Both the position numbers and the translations under genes were made by a program. Shown one piece after another: positions 7,916 through 16,900 of a DNA stretch of 20,000 bases (position 1 is the stretch's first letter; the number at the start of each line of letters is the position of its first letter). The stretch is taken from IMG/VR virus record IMGVR_UViG_3300017697_000015, positions 53,154 to 73,153 of that record. One strand, written 5' to 3'. The DNA comes from an uncultured virus (IMG/VR IMGVR_UViG_3300017697_000015). Taxonomy: Duplodnaviria > Heunggongvirae > Uroviricota > Caudoviricetes. A model generated the notes under the pieces. The model saw nothing but the letters and a program-made list of their open reading frames with translations. It made no database searches and was not told the origin of the DNA.

Positions 7916-8134
7916 TTATTTAAGATATAATGCAAATGATGTTGCATAATGTTTAACGATGTAGGACTGTGGTCGAGTATATTCTGCATTTGAAGGACCA
8001 CGATACTTATATCTAAACTTCCCAGGATATTGACGCTGCACATCATCTACATACATCATTGGGATGCCCTTTGCAAAACTTCTCTCGTTAGGTGATGTTT
8101 CAAAAATCTGCAATATTGAATCAAGTTGTGTCAT
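7916..8134 (-). CDS. small hypothetical protein (likely early gene)
   Basis: 72-aa ORF directly downstream of a consensus promoter. Confidence 0.7.
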   Translation of the reverse strand: MTQLDSILQIFETSPNERSFAKGIPMMYVDDVQRQYPGKFRYKYRGPSNAEYTRPQSYIVKHYATSFALYLK

Positions 8135-8169
8135 AATTTTCTCGCTCTTCTTTATTAACTTACTTAACT

Positions 8170-8198
8170 ATTATAGCAAGGATCATTACTTTTGTCAA
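8170..8198 (-). promoter_or_regulatory. sigma70-type promoter TTGACA-N17-TATAAT
   Basis: Perfect hexamers at 8198-8193 and 8175-8170, TG-n extended -10. Confidence 0.85.
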
Positions 8199-8210
8199 GT
8201 GTCTATCCAC

Positions 8211-8237
8211 AAAAAAACCCACATTTGTGGGTTTTTT
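8211..8237. terminator. intrinsic terminator (potentially bidirectional)
   Basis: AAAAAAACCCAC-ATTT-GTGGGTTTTTT; downstream of ORF 8281-9477. Confidence 0.85.
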
Positions 8238-8279
8238 ACCTAGTTTATATTATTGTATTTTCAATAACAACATCGATAT
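8211..8279. repeat. direct repeat copy A (3' trailer + terminator)
   Basis: 8247-8279 is identical (33 nt) to 16865-16897; the adjacent terminator is also near-identical. Confidence 0.9.
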
Positions 8280-8280
8280 T

Positions 8281-9477
8281 TTACTCTGTTATATTTACAC
8301 CAGCAATATATGAACTAAATTTTCGTGGGGCTATTGGCACTATACCAGCAGCAACACCAAACTGATTTCCAAAGGTATTCGCATTGCCTCCAAGACTGTA
8401 AGGATTATTAGGATATTGGCTGGTAGTCCATGCTGGTGGACTTTCATTCATATCAATAACAGTTAAACGATCATTATGCTCACCAAATATCAATGCAACA
8501 CCTGGAGCAGCCTCAAATGCACCATTACCATATTCAGTGGAAGATTGTGATCCATTTTGAATTTTAGATACTACACCAGTAGAAATGTTGTAGTAAGTAA
8601 AGTAATTAGTACCTTGCTCCACTATATAACTTTCGCCTAGTGTATTAGTAACAACACATGCCCCATCAGAATAACCACCGACAGCAAGGTTCACATTGTT
8701 AATATCAATTGGAGTTGGTGCTGGATCATTGGGACCAGGAATAGTAAAGTAAGACATTACATTACCACCGCCTGATGTTTTCGAATATATTTTTCCATTA
8801 TGATGAAGAGTATAACTTCCTTGGTTATGTGCTGGCATGTATAACCCACCAGTTACAGAAAAGTCCGAATGAATTCCAGTATCAATATGTCTTCTAAGAA
8901 CAGTACTCGCTGATGATATTGCATACATGTAAGTTCCGTCAGTACACATCTGGTGCACATTAGTTGCACCAAAGGAAAATTCATCTGTCTCTACGCCGTC
9001 CTCGTCATATTCAGTTACTACACCAGCACAAAGTTTATAGAATTTTATAGTTGACGTTACTCCATGCACGTGAACAAAACCACTAGTTCCAATATTAATG
9101 CCGGTTGTTTCACTAACACTCTTTACTTCAGGATTGAGGTAGCCGTTTACAGTAGTAAACGTATTCAACCCTTCACTGCCATTACAAAAGAACAAACCTT
9201 TAAGACCCGTTGAAGGCCTTAAAGGGAACTTAAACGACACGGTAGAATTATTGTCAACCAATATTGATTTATTAAGCTGAAGACTTCCATCATTATTACT
9301 AGTTTGTAGTACATGACCATCTTGTTCTAGCGTTGCGCCTCTTCCTAGATTTATCGCGTCTATATCGCTAATAACCGCTTTGGTCGTACTCGTTGTTGAT
9401 ACTATATTCTGTGTAGTTGCTTCTGGAGATACCTCTAGGTCAACTATGTTTTGAAATACTTTTACTTGTTCTGGCAT
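8281..9477 (-). CDS. putative fibre-associated adhesin / beta-propeller protein, paralog 3
   Basis: 398 aa; shared motifs QMCTDGTY, NQGSY, VGGYSDGA, YIVEQGT, STEYGNG, PGVALIFGE; SD GGAGG. Confidence 0.7.
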   Translation of the reverse strand: MPEQVKVFQNIVDLEVSPEATTQNIVSTTSTTKAVISDIDAINLGRGATLEQDGHVLQTSNNDGSLQLNKSILVDNNSTVSFKFPLRPSTGLKGLFFCNGSEGLNTFTTVNGYLNPEVKSVSETTGINIGTSGFVHVHGVTSTIKFYKLCAGVVTEYDEDGVETDEFSFGATNVHQMCTDGTYMYAISSASTVLRRHIDTGIHSDFSVTGGLYMPAHNQGSYTLHHNGKIYSKTSGGGNVMSYFTIPGPNDPAPTPIDINNVNLAVGGYSDGACVVTNTLGESYIVEQGTNYFTYYNISTGVVSKIQNGSQSSTEYGNGAFEAAPGVALIFGEHNDRLTVIDMNESPPAWTTSQYPNNPYSLGGNANTFGNQFGVAAGIVPIAPRKFSSYIAGVNITE

Positions 9478-9502
9478 TTGAAGCCTCCAATTTTTGAATT
9501 TA

Positions 9503-10711
9503 TCATGATTCTGTTATAGTTACGCCAGAAACCAGTGCGCTAAAACTTCGGGGTGCTATTGGTACTATTCCACCAGCAATGGTAAATTTATTACCAAAGC
9601 AATTACTTGCTTGTACAGTAGAATAAGGATTACCATCTTGCCATGTTGAAGTTGACCATGCTGGTGGACTTTCATTCATATCAATAATTACTATACGATC
9701 ATTATGCTCACCAAATATCAATGCAACACCTGGAGAAACTTCACAAGCACCATTACCATATTCAGTAGAAGCAGTACTTCCAGATGCAACTTTCGTGACT
9801 ACATCAGTATCAAGATTCCAATAAGTAAAGTAATTAGTACCTTGCTCTACTATATAAGGTACTCCTGCTACCGTTGTTACTACTGTAGCACCATCAGAAT
9901 AGCCACCGACTGCTAAATCATTGTTAGCAACCTGTTGTACTGCGCAATTCAAAGCCGGATTGCCTGTAAGAGTTATGATCTGTGCATAGCCATGTCCACC
10001 GTTTCCCTTATTATATAGTTTCCCATTATGATAAAGAGTATAACTTCCTTGGTTGTCGGCTGGCACGTTAATATTTGGTGCACAAGTGAATGAATCAGTA
10101 ACTCCTGATTCAATATGTCTTCTAGTAAATGCCGATGTAGTAGTAACTCCGTACATATAGATTCCATCAGTACACATTTGTCTTGTAGCACTTGTACCAA
10201 ACGGAAATGATGTTAGAAGTTGTCCAAGATGATTATGCTCATAGACCATGCCGTTTAATATTGCAAAAAACGTTATATCCCCTGTAACTGAATGTACATG
10301 AACAAATCCAGAAGTTCGACTTTTTGAAGCGTCTGCACCAGTGGAAATACTTGTAATTTGCGGAGTCATAACGGTTGGTCCACCTTCAATATAATTATTT
10401 CCTTCAATCCCGCCGTGTCCAAAGAACATGCCTCTGAAACCAACGTTTGCTCTAGATGGAAATTTTAAAGATAATACAGAATTAGTATCAACCACTAGTT
10501 TTTTAGTACGTGTAAGAACTCCTAGACTATCGCCAGTTGCCATACTTCTACCATCAAGGTCTAAGGTCACATTCGCTCCTAAGTCTATACAGTCAACATC
10601 CTTAATTACTGCGCGTTCTGTTGAACTGGTTGTTACCAACGGAACCGTTGTTTCTGCTACTGGCACTTCTTGTGCTACTATGTTTTGAAATACTTTTAAT
10701 TTTTCAGGCAT
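9503..10711 (-). CDS. putative fibre-associated adhesin / beta-propeller protein, paralog 2
   Basis: 402 aa; same motif series; SD AAGGAGG; late motif upstream. Confidence 0.7.
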   Translation of the reverse strand: MPEKLKVFQNIVAQEVPVAETTVPLVTTSSTERAVIKDVDCIDLGANVTLDLDGRSMATGDSLGVLTRTKKLVVDTNSVLSLKFPSRANVGFRGMFFGHGGIEGNNYIEGGPTVMTPQITSISTGADASKSRTSGFVHVHSVTGDITFFAILNGMVYEHNHLGQLLTSFPFGTSATRQMCTDGIYMYGVTTTSAFTRRHIESGVTDSFTCAPNINVPADNQGSYTLYHNGKLYNKGNGGHGYAQIITLTGNPALNCAVQQVANNDLAVGGYSDGATVVTTVAGVPYIVEQGTNYFTYWNLDTDVVTKVASGSTASTEYGNGACEVSPGVALIFGEHNDRIVIIDMNESPPAWSTSTWQDGNPYSTVQASNCFGNKFTIAGGIVPIAPRSFSALVSGVTITES

Positions 10712-10732
10712 TTTAAGCCTCCTTATTATGTT

Positions 10733-10740
10733 TATTTATG
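10733..10740 (-). promoter_or_regulatory. late promoter variant CATAAATA
   Basis: 21 nt upstream of ATG 10711. Confidence 0.6.
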
Positions 10741-10871
10741 TTTGAGTTTTATGACGTAACAACATAATCTCTTATCAACTTTAAGGTCTACCTTAACTCA
10801 GATGCAATATAATGTTACAGTATCTACTCTATTATCTATTTAAATAATGATTAAATTGACAATTATCAGAT

Positions 10872-10904
10872 ATAAAACCAGTCTATATAAGAGACTGGTT
10901 TTAT
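10872..10904. terminator. intrinsic terminator hairpin
   Basis: ATAAAACCAGTCT-N7-AGACTGGTTTTAT, a 13-bp perfect inverted repeat downstream of ORF 10934-12118. Confidence 0.8.
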
Positions 10905-10933
10905 TGTTTTATTAACTAATTTCATTAGTTATG

Positions 10934-12118
10934 TCAATCGTCAACCAGTATTCCAGCAACACGTGCAGTATAAGAGCGTATTGGGACTGGAACTTGGCCT
11001 CCTGCCATAGCGAACTTATTACCAAAGTTATTTGATATTCCAGCAATGCCCCATGGATTGGCATCACCTACTATCATTGTCTGGGTCGGAGTAATAGGAT
11101 TCATATCAATAATTGTTATACGATCTGATTGCTCACCAAATATCAACGCAACACCGGGAGAAAACTCAACGAAGCCATTGCCATATTCAGTGGAAGATTG
11201 TGATCCAATAGATGTTTTAACAATTGTGTCAGTATCAAGATTCCAATGGTAATAAGAACTGGTTCCTTGCTCTACTATATATGGTACACCTGCTACCGTA
11301 GTAACAAGACCAGCTCCATCACTATAACTACCTACATTTAAATCATTATTAGTAATTTTTGTGACTACGTGTGTAGTAAGATCCAGTATTGTGACATAGG
11401 TCCTCCCTGCCATGTTCTTAGAATATAGCTTGTTATTGTGATATATTAAGTAAGAACCTTGGTTTGCACCAGGAACGTCCATACTAAATGCTGGCGATGA
11501 TAACGTAATATCACTACTAACACCAGTTTCAAGATGTTTTCTACGTATCACTGTGCCACTTTCAACGGCATACACATAGGTTCCGTCAGTACACATTTGC
11601 CATGTTTGGGTATTTCCAATAGTCTCCTGATCTGAAACTTCTAGTCCATTATGATCATACTGCCAAATATTTCCAGCATGCAGTCTATAGAATTCTAGAT
11701 CACCCGTTACCGAGTGAGTTCGTGAAAATGCGCTAGTTGCGTAAATCGATGAAGTACCAAGGCTTACGACTTTTGGTTTGTCTATGTACTGGGCAGTCAC
11801 TATATTGTGTCCTTCTGTGCCACCAAACCACATCATACCTTTGAACTGCGTCTCAGCCTCCGTTGGAAACGTTAAATTTAGTGAAGAATTTGTATCAATA
11901 ATTACACTTTTAGATAATTCAATGTCACCAGCCTCAGTACTAGTACTAAGTACTCGACCACCAATGTCTAATACAGCGCCGTTACCTACGTTAGATAACT
12001 TAATATCCCTAACGAGTGCACGCTGCGTTGACGTAGTTGATACCAACGGATGAGTTGAGGTAGCATGTGTCACATTTTCGTCTATTACATTTTTAAATAC
12101 TTTTAAATTAGCCGACAT
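10934..12118 (-). CDS. putative fibre-associated adhesin / beta-propeller protein, paralog 1
   Basis: 394 aa; same motif series; start overlaps the fibre stop codon (TAATG), SD GGAGG inside the fibre's last codons. Confidence 0.7.
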   Translation of the reverse strand: MSANLKVFKNVIDENVTHATSTHPLVSTTSTQRALVRDIKLSNVGNGAVLDIGGRVLSTSTEAGDIELSKSVIIDTNSSLNLTFPTEAETQFKGMMWFGGTEGHNIVTAQYIDKPKVVSLGTSSIYATSAFSRTHSVTGDLEFYRLHAGNIWQYDHNGLEVSDQETIGNTQTWQMCTDGTYVYAVESGTVIRRKHLETGVSSDITLSSPAFSMDVPGANQGSYLIYHNNKLYSKNMAGRTYVTILDLTTHVVTKITNNDLNVGSYSDGAGLVTTVAGVPYIVEQGTSSYYHWNLDTDTIVKTSIGSQSSTEYGNGFVEFSPGVALIFGEQSDRITIIDMNPITPTQTMIVGDANPWGIAGISNNFGNKFAMAGGQVPVPIRSYTARVAGILVDD

Positions 12119-15100
12119 TATAAACCTCCAATATATGAATTTATTAAATATGAAGCAATCGATGAACCGCCAGAACCGCCAGAGCCGCCAGAACCTGCTG
12201 GGCCTGCTGGGCCTGTTGCTCCATCTGCTCCTGCTGCACCAACATTACCTTGTACACCTTGAATTCCTTGTGGTCCTTGTATTGATCCACCACTTACCCA
12301 TGCAGAAGTACCATCCCATACATGCAAACTGTCATCTGCTTGTACTATATATGCATCACCTTGTGTATTACTTCCTGTTGGAAGATCACCGATAGTTGCC
12401 ACTTGACCCAAGAAATTGATACCTAAACCAGCAGCACCTTGAATGCCCTGTATGCCTTGAATACCAGTTGAACCTGCTGCGCCTGCTGCACCATCTTCTC
12501 CTGCTGCGCCAGTTAATAACAATGATGTAGCAGATAATGCAATACCTGCTTCAACAGAGGGCGTTGCTTCTGAAGTACCTAGCGTTCCATCACCTTGTAT
12601 GTAATAACGAGTTCCTGCGGTAAGACCAGATTGATTCTCGCTAACACCACCTTTAAGAATGATAGATGCTGTTTGACCATCTGTGTAAGATGCTGATGAA
12701 AGTCCAACGTAACTTAAAGAATTTAAAGTGCTATCTCCTGTTGCTTGCATTTGACCAACATGGGCACTGCCAAGAGGGTTTCCGCCACCAGTGAAATTAT
12801 TTTGATTTCCTATCTTAGTTACATAAACAAATTTACCACCTGACATAAATGCAAGAGCTGATGCTGTATGATCACTTTCAGTGTTTATTTCAGTTATAGT
12901 ATCAAGAGTAATCGTTGTTCCTGAAACTGAACCTGTGTTTACTACTGCATCATTTGTAACGTCTTCTGAATACATATACGCAAATTTACCACTACTATGT
13001 GGACTAAACTCTATAGCGTGATCCCTTGCTCCAGTGCCGTTTTGGGGGAAAAATTCTATGTAAGAACCTAACGTAATTGATGTTCCTGAAATAGTACCAG
13101 CTACTATTGTTCCATTACGTCGATTGACGCTATTATTCTTACCTCTGTACTGTACTATAAAACTAGTAAGATCAATTGGATTAACAGCCATGGCTGGATA
13201 TTCGATGCTGTCCCAAGGAAGATTCACAGCAGTACCTACAGTCATGCTAGAACCAGATATTGTGCCAATTTTTACAGTTCCATCAACAAGTAATATAAAT
13301 TTACTTGTTCCAACGGCTTTTACAAGACCAACACTGTATCCTAATGCACCAACTGAAATAGCAGAGCCAAATGAAACACTTGTTCCTGAAACTGTGCCTA
13401 CTTTAATGTACGTGCCACTGTTTTGGTACATAGATACTAATTTATTATTATCAACGAGATCAAAGGCACAACTATGATAACTCGTTGATGCTGAAGAAAC
13501 CACAACTTCTGTACCAAAAGTTATTGATGTTCCTGAAATCGTACCTATTTTTATGCCAGCAGTTAAATCAGCTTTCCTATAGCTTATAGCAAATTTACCC
13601 GAAGAGTTTGGTGCAAAACTTATTTGTCTATTAGTTGTAACTTCAGAGTTGAAAACAACTTCCGTGCCAAAGGTAATAGTTGTTCCTGAGACTGTTCCAA
13701 GAACACACACTCCTACAGTCCCACCAGTTCTGTAAGCAACAATAAACCGATCTGGATTAGTTGAGTCTATTTTAACGTCAAACCCTTGCCAAGTATGGGT
13801 AGTAGTAATATTTTCAAATACGGCTGCATTACTAGCAGGAGGTATATTTCTTGGGATTATTGGTGCATAAACTGCCTGTACTGTACCATCAGCCATCAAT
13901 TCAACTGCTTGACCATTAGGTAACGTACCTGTTGCTACAAAGTCTCTAGAACCACCAACACCATCTGCACCAGTTGCACCTGTTGCTCCTGTTGCACCTG
14001 TTGCACCTGTTGCACCTGTTGCACCATCTTCTCCTGCTGCACCAGTTAATAACAATGATGTAGTAGATAATGCAATACCTGCTTCAACAGAGGGCGTTGC
14101 TTCAGAAGTACCTAGCGTTCCGTCACCTTGTATGTAGTAATGAGTTCCCGTGGTAAGTCCAGATTGATTCTCGCTAATACTACCTTTAAGAATAATAGAT
14201 GCAGTTTGACCATCTGTATAAGTTGCTGATGAAAGTCCAACGTAACTTGAAGACGATAAGGTACTATCTCCAATGCCTGCCATCTGTCCTATGTATGCCT
14301 GTGGATAGGTACCCGTTTTTATAACACCTACAAACTTTCCATTCGATTGGAACATAATCTCTGATGAGACAATATCAGAACTAGCTATTGAAATAGCACT
14401 GTTAAAAGAAACAGTGTTATTAGTAACTGAACCTGAACGAACATAGCCTGTATTAGTTATATCGTCAGTGTACTGAATAACAAAAGCGCCACTAGTTGAA
14501 GGATTAAATTTTACTGAAAGCCCTTTTGCTCCATTATTAGTGGCAACTTGAAATCTATTTTCTGCTCCAAATGTTATTGTTGTTCCTGATACAGTTCCAG
14601 CTCTTGCGCCACCATAATATTTATTAGTTGGTTCAGATATTCCTGAGTTTGTTGTATGGCCTTTGTGTATTATAATAAAAGACCCTGTGTTTAGAGGATC
14701 AACAGCAAGTTGTACAAAATCACCGCTATAAGAACCAGTAGAAAGTGTAGCTTCAGTGCCAAGCGTAATAGATGTACCTGACACAGTGCCAACTATTGCA
14801 AAAGCACCAGCCCCACCTTTGTTATATGCGCTTACAAACTTCCCATTTGAAATAAAACTTAACTGACCATAGTTGCAATCATTTGTACTTATAGTGACTT
14901 CTGTACCATACGATATACTTGTGCCTGATATTGTTCCTACTCTACAACGCGCATGACCGCCAGCAGGCCAATATGTATATTGAACTACAAATGTATTGTT
15001 ATCCACAGGATCAAACGCGCAATTAGCAACAACACTTGTTCCAGCTGTGTATTGATTTTCAGAGCCAAGAGTTATGGTTGATCCTGACAATGTACCTACG

Positions 15101-16617
15101 ATTACTACGCCACTGTAATTAGCTTTCCTGTAACTTAAAATAAACTTACCAGAAGTATTAGGAGCAAACTCTACATGCCTGTGATAAGTAGCCTCGCTAT
15201 TAAAAATAACTCCTGTACCAAAGGTAATAGTTGTACCTGAAATAGTAGCAACAGCAATAACTCCATAACCAGAACTAGTGTTGTAAGTTAGAAGAAATTG
15301 ATTAGAGTTATTAGGATCAAGAGCAGTTTTAAATCCTTCAACTGGATTTGAATTTGATGTACTTATTTGATACAAACTACCTGCGGGTATCGACTCTGCT
15401 AATGCGTTTGTTACAGCTTCAACAGTACCGTCAGTTTTAAGTATTACAGCTTGACCATTAGGTAACGTACCTGTTGCTACAAAGTCTCTAGAACCGCTAG
15501 ATCCACCAGTACCAGCAGGTCCCGCAGGTCCCGCGGGTCCATCTTCGCCAACTATACTAGTACCTTGAATTCCTTGTATACCTTGAATTCCTTGTGCACC
15601 ATCTGCACCATCTGCTCCTGCTGGTCCTGCTGGTCCTGTTGCACCAGTTGCACCATCTACACCATCTGCACCATCTGCACCAGAAATTCCTTGTGGACCC
15701 ATAGGTCCCGCCACTGTGCTATCTGCGCCAGCAGGTCCATCTTCGCCTTGTATACCTTGGATTCCTTGAATTCCTTGTGGTCCTGTTGCACCAGATCCCG
15801 CTGGTCCTTGTGGTCCCGCTGGTCCTGTTGCACCTGTTGAGCCTGTTGCGCCTGTTGAGCCTGCGTTGACTCCGCTAATTTGAGCATCTACATAAGCGAT
15901 AGTCGCTTTTAGTGCCAATGCATTTGTCATTGTGCTTACGAAATTAGCATCATCACCTAGCGCATTTGCTAATTCATTCAACGTATCCAATGCACCTGGC
16001 GCGCCATTGATAATATTTGATATTTCTTGATCTACATAACCTTTTGTAGTTACATGACCTGCTGCTGTCGGTGATCCAACATTAATAATTTGATTGTTGT
16101 CTAAATCAATTTTGTCACCAAATACAACTGCATTGCCACCTTGGTCGGTAATTTTCATACCTGTCGCCATTTGCAATGTTGCTGCCATGTTTATAGTAGT
16201 ATCAGAATCGAGTGTTAAAACGCCTGTACCTGACACTTTTGTTGTGAGTGATTGGTTTGCATCTGCTTGAACAACGATAGTTCCACTGTTTGATTCAATA
16301 ACCTTTTGACCATCGATATATAGCGAACCTTCGGATAGATATAAATCTCTCCATTTCATAGTTGGTGATCCAAGATCGTAACCTGTTGTTCCGTCTGAAT
16401 CTATTGTTGGGATAATGTGACCTGACATGAATAGATCGCCATTACCCGATATTCCTTGGTTATTTCCTGCTACGCCTGCTATTGCGGTATCTACGTAGAC
16501 TTTTGTTGCTGCATGATCTGTCTGGGTAGGTGATCCAGTGATGGATAAATTACCACCAATCTGCGAATCGCCATTGGTTATAAAACCACCTTCCATATTA
16601 AAACGTTTTTGACTCAT
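12118..16617 (-). CDS. long collagen-containing fibre protein 1 (tail or head fibre) with two repeated ~510-aa modules
   Basis: 1499 aa; HAATKVYVD and GAPGALDTLNELANALGDD fibre motifs, Gly-X-Y tracts, repeated GTxSGTxITxG strands; SD AAGGAG. Confidence 0.85.
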   Translation of the reverse strand: MSQKRFNMEGGFITNGDSQIGGNLSITGSPTQTDHAATKVYVDTAIAGVAGNNQGISGNGDLFMSGHIIPTIDSDGTTGYDLGSPTMKWRDLYLSEGSLYIDGQKVIESNSGTIVVQADANQSLTTKVSGTGVLTLDSDTTINMAATLQMATGMKITDQGGNAVVFGDKIDLDNNQIINVGSPTAAGHVTTKGYVDQEISNIINGAPGALDTLNELANALGDDANFVSTMTNALALKATIAYVDAQISGVNAGSTGATGSTGATGPAGPQGPAGSGATGPQGIQGIQGIQGEDGPAGADSTVAGPMGPQGISGADGADGVDGATGATGPAGPAGADGADGAQGIQGIQGIQGTSIVGEDGPAGPAGPAGTGGSSGSRDFVATGTLPNGQAVILKTDGTVEAVTNALAESIPAGSLYQISTSNSNPVEGFKTALDPNNSNQFLLTYNTSSGYGVIAVATISGTTITFGTGVIFNSEATYHRHVEFAPNTSGKFILSYRKANYSGVVIVGTLSGSTITLGSENQYTAGTSVVANCAFDPVDNNTFVVQYTYWPAGGHARCRVGTISGTSISYGTEVTISTNDCNYGQLSFISNGKFVSAYNKGGAGAFAIVGTVSGTSITLGTEATLSTGSYSGDFVQLAVDPLNTGSFIIIHKGHTTNSGISEPTNKYYGGARAGTVSGTTITFGAENRFQVATNNGAKGLSVKFNPSTSGAFVIQYTDDITNTGYVRSGSVTNNTVSFNSAISIASSDIVSSEIMFQSNGKFVGVIKTGTYPQAYIGQMAGIGDSTLSSSSYVGLSSATYTDGQTASIILKGSISENQSGLTTGTHYYIQGDGTLGTSEATPSVEAGIALSTTSLLLTGAAGEDGATGATGATGATGATGATGADGVGGSRDFVATGTLPNGQAVELMADGTVQAVYAPIIPRNIPPASNAAVFENITTTHTWQGFDVKIDSTNPDRFIVAYRTGGTVGVCVLGTVSGTTITFGTEVVFNSEVTTNRQISFAPNSSGKFAISYRKADLTAGIKIGTISGTSITFGTEVVVSSASTSYHSCAFDLVDNNKLVSMYQNSGTYIKVGTVSGTSVSFGSAISVGALGYSVGLVKAVGTSKFILLVDGTVKIGTISGSSMTVGTAVNLPWDSIEYPAMAVNPIDLTSFIVQYRGKNNSVNRRNGTIVAGTISGTSITLGSYIEFFPQNGTGARDHAIEFSPHSSGKFAYMYSEDVTNDAVVNTGSVSGTTITLDTITEINTESDHTASALAFMSGGKFVYVTKIGNQNNFTGGGNPLGSAHVGQMQATGDSTLNSLSYVGLSSASYTDGQTASIILKGGVSENQSGLTAGTRYYIQGDGTLGTSEATPSVEAGIALSATSLLLTGAAGEDGAAGAAGSTGIQGIQGIQGAAGLGINFLGQVATIGDLPTGSNTQGDAYIVQADDSLHVWDGTSAWVSGGSIQGPQGIQGVQGNVGAAGADGATGPAGPAGSGGSGGSGGSSIASYLINSYIGGL
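12487..12738. repeat. internal repeat, module C-terminal block (copy at ~14020-14271)
   Basis: Near-identical DNA at offset 1533 encoding GDSTL..SYVGLSS...EAGIALS.TSLLLTGAAGEDGA. Confidence 0.9.
13909..13953. repeat. internal repeat, module N-terminal block (copy at 15451-15495)
   Basis: Identical 45-nt stretch encoding GSRDFVATGTLPNGQ. Confidence 0.9.
13968..14025. repeat. 9-nt tandem repeats encoding (GAT)n collagen linker
   Basis: (gttgcacct)n-type tandem array. Confidence 0.85.
15721..16540. repeat. ~820-bp near-identical repeat shared by the 5' parts of the two fibre genes (copy at 19190-20000)
   Basis: Colinear at offset 3460 with mostly synonymous differences and one 9-nt collagen indel. 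Confidence 0.95.
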
Positions 16618-16645
16618 GATTAAGCTTCTCCTTTAGTTAACTGTA

Positions 16646-16653
16646 CTATTTAT
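16646..16653 (-). promoter_or_regulatory. late promoter variant CATAAATA
   Basis: 28 nt upstream of ATG 16617. Confidence 0.6.
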
Positions 16654-16688
16654 GGAAAAACTATAGTCAATTAAACTCACATTCAATT

Positions 16689-16717
16689 ATTATATCATTG
16701 ATTTAAATATATGTCAA
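16689..16717 (-). promoter_or_regulatory. sigma70-type promoter TTGACA-N17-TATAAT upstream of fibre 1
   Basis: Perfect hexamers at 16717-16712 and 16694-16689, TG-n extension. Confidence 0.7.
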
Positions 16718-16773
16718 TGAGTATTCCATATTAAAATAATAGCAATTTATGTGCTTTTATGTATATTATACTG

Positions 16774-16781
16774 TATTTATA
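16774..16781 (-). promoter_or_regulatory. late promoter TATAAATA
   Basis: Exact T4 late consensus in the intergenic region, but the region is very AT-rich. Confidence 0.45.
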
Positions 16782-16827
16782 CCAACTTCAGTATTTTTCC
16801 TATATGAGATAATATATTATCAGCCAT

Positions 16828-16897
16828 AAAAAAACCCACAATGTGGGCTTTTATTATCTAGTTGATATTATTGTATTTTCAATAACAACATCGATAT
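16828..16897. repeat. direct repeat copy B (3' trailer + intrinsic terminator of fibre 2)
   Basis: AAAAAAACCCAC-AAT-GTGGGCTTTT hairpin plus the 33-nt block identical to 8247-8279. Confidence 0.9.
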
Positions 16898-16900
16898 ATC

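Noticed and set aside
13968..14025. CRISPR-like array
   Set aside because: Tandem 9-mers inside a CDS without unique spacers.
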